Origin: Scyliorhinus canicula
Taxonomy: Eukaryota
Direction: 5' to 3'
Assembly: GCF_902713615.1 (NCBI RefSeq)
Contig: NC_052163.1
Coordinates: forward strand, 14,952,248 to 15,016,247
Length of the DNA stretch: 64,000 bases
Position numbers and translations under genes: made by a program. The notes under the pieces are model-generated. The model worked only from the letters and a program-made list of their open reading frames with translations, did not search any database and had not been told where the DNA came from. Of the stretch, positions 62,310 through 64,000 are shown in pieces. Numbering within the stretch: the stretch's first letter is position 1; every line of letters starts with the position of its first letter.

Positions 62310-62840
62310 GCAACTGTGTACAGTTTTGGTCTCTTTATTTCAAAATATATGATTGTGTTAGCAGTTCAGAGAAGATTGACTCGACCTGCTCCGAGGATGA
62401 GGGACTTTTTATGTGGAGAGGTTGGGCCTATACTCACTGGAATTTCGAAGAATGGGAGGGGATCTTATTCTCTCACAAGATCCTGAAAGGATTTGATAGG
62501 GGTGGATGTTGCCACTGGTGGACAAGACTAGAACCGGGGCCACAGTTTAAGAATAAGTGGTCTGTTGATTAAGATGGAGATGAGGAGAAATCTTTTCTCT
62601 CGATGGGTTTTTAGTCTGTGGAATTCTCTTTCCCAGAGGTTTGCTTCCCCAGAGAACAGCGAAGGCTGTGTCATCAAATGTATTCAAGGCACAGTTGGAC
62701 ACATTTTCGATAGAGAAAGGAGTCAGGGGGGGTGGGGGGAGGGGGCAGACAGTAAAGTGGAATTAAGATCAGCCATTACCTTATCGAATGGCGGCGCAGG
62801 CATGATGGGTTGAATGGCCTCCTCGTGCTCTGAAGTCATA
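62310..62840 (+). mobile_element. Degenerate CR1 LINE 3' fragment
   Basis: CVQFWSLY and EMRRNLFSRWVFSLWNSLSQ motifs. Confidence 0.7.
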
Positions 62841-64000
62841 TGGAGGGGTGGCACAGTGGTTAACACTGCAGCCTCGCAGAGCCAGGGACCTGGGTTCAAT
62901 TCCGGCATTGAATGACTGTGGAGTTTGTACGTTCTCCCTGTGTCTGAGTGGGTTTCCTCCGGGTGCTCCGGTTTCCTCCCACAGTCCAAAGATGCGCAGG
63001 TTAGGTGGATTGGCCATGATAAATTGCCCCTTAGTGTCCAAAAACTTAGATGGGGTTACGGGGAAAGCTTGGGGACATGGGCCGAGGTAGGCAGGTCAGT
63101 GCAGACTCAATGGGCAGAATGGCCTCCTTCTGCATTGTCAGAGTTCTATGATTCTATAAGAATATCACGGTAGCATTGTGGATAGCACAATCGCTTCACA
63201 GCTCCAGGGTCCCAGGTTCGATTCCGGCTTGGGTCACTGTTTGTGCGGGTTTGCACATCCTCCCCGTGTGTGCGTGGGTTTCCTCCGGGTGCTCCGGTTT
63301 CCTCCCACAGTCCAAAGATGTGCAGGTTAGGTGGATTGGCCATGATAAATTGCCCGTGGCGTCAAAAATTGCCCTTACTGTTGGGTGGGGTTACTGGGTT
63401 ATGGGGATAGGGTGGGGGTGTTAACCTTGGGTAGGGTGCTCTTTCCAGGAGACGGTGCAGACTCGATGGGCCGAATGGCCTCCTTCTGCACTGTAAATTC
63501 TATGAAATCTATGAAAAGATGGGATGTTAAACATGTGCCACACTTTACCCAGAAATGGCTCTATTTTATATATTATGTGATTTTGTTAAAGGCACGTTAC
63601 TGTTTTAATTGAAATAGATTCACTGACTAAGGCGTGTATAATATGAACATTTTAATTCCAAAATCTGTGTATTGACCATCTGATCAAAGTCAACCATCAT
63701 TTGTCCGAACTGTATCTAAGGGAGCTGTACAGACCATACTGAGGATGGGAGAGTGCAGGACCACAATGTTAAGGACTTCCAGAACTGGGGAACTCATTCG
63801 GGAGCCCTACAGATTGATTTGGTATTAAATGGTTACTGTGGAAATGCATTGTTGGTGAAGAACCCCTGAAGCAGTGTGTGTCACAGGGATTTATGTTGAG
63901 CCATGTCCGTTTATCAATGTGACATTCTGATTGGAGATGCTGCCACCATTTTTCATCCCTATTGTGAGTCCATGTGCTGTGAAATCCTTCGGACATCCCG

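Noticed and set aside
51322-64000. Synaptogyrin exon 2
   Set aside because: No MARVEL-domain sequence (IVFxCI..EGY..C) was recognised by eye; it probably lies beyond the window.

Overview
This is repeat-rich eukaryotic DNA from a cartilaginous fish. HE1/V-SINE-type tRNA-derived SINEs and HER1/CR1 LINEs point to a shark, possibly a catshark (inference). It contains three host genes. CCDC137 is complete on the - strand with 6 coding exons (21152 to 561, 939 nt, 312 aa); all introns are GT-AG with consistent phases. OXLD1 is complete on the + strand with 2 coding exons (21362-26336, 171 aa) and lies head-to-head with CCDC137 across a 209-bp GC-rich spacer. The first coding exon of a synaptogyrin, most likely SYNGR2, is at 51220-51321. 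The rest is transposon-derived: roughly 45 V-SINE copies with three different 3' tails, CR1 fragments, a nested L1/Rex1/L1/solo-LTR stack (29.1-37.4 kb), a full-length but decayed Ty3/Gypsy (Mag-like) element (42569-47284), a hAT-type and two Harbinger-type non-autonomous DNA elements, and Penelope-like termini carrying minimal hammerhead ribozyme motifs. The most notable signals are (i) short TSD-flanked fold-back Penelope termini with hammerhead cores, one carrying a filler that matches local DNA; (ii) one SINE body carrying tails that match three LINE clades (CR1, Rex1/Babar, poly(A)/L1-type), all present in the window; (iii) a SINE-derived higher-order minisatellite and a 39-bp coding repeat at the CCDC137 5' end. 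All homology calls come from recalled family motifs; no database searches were run.
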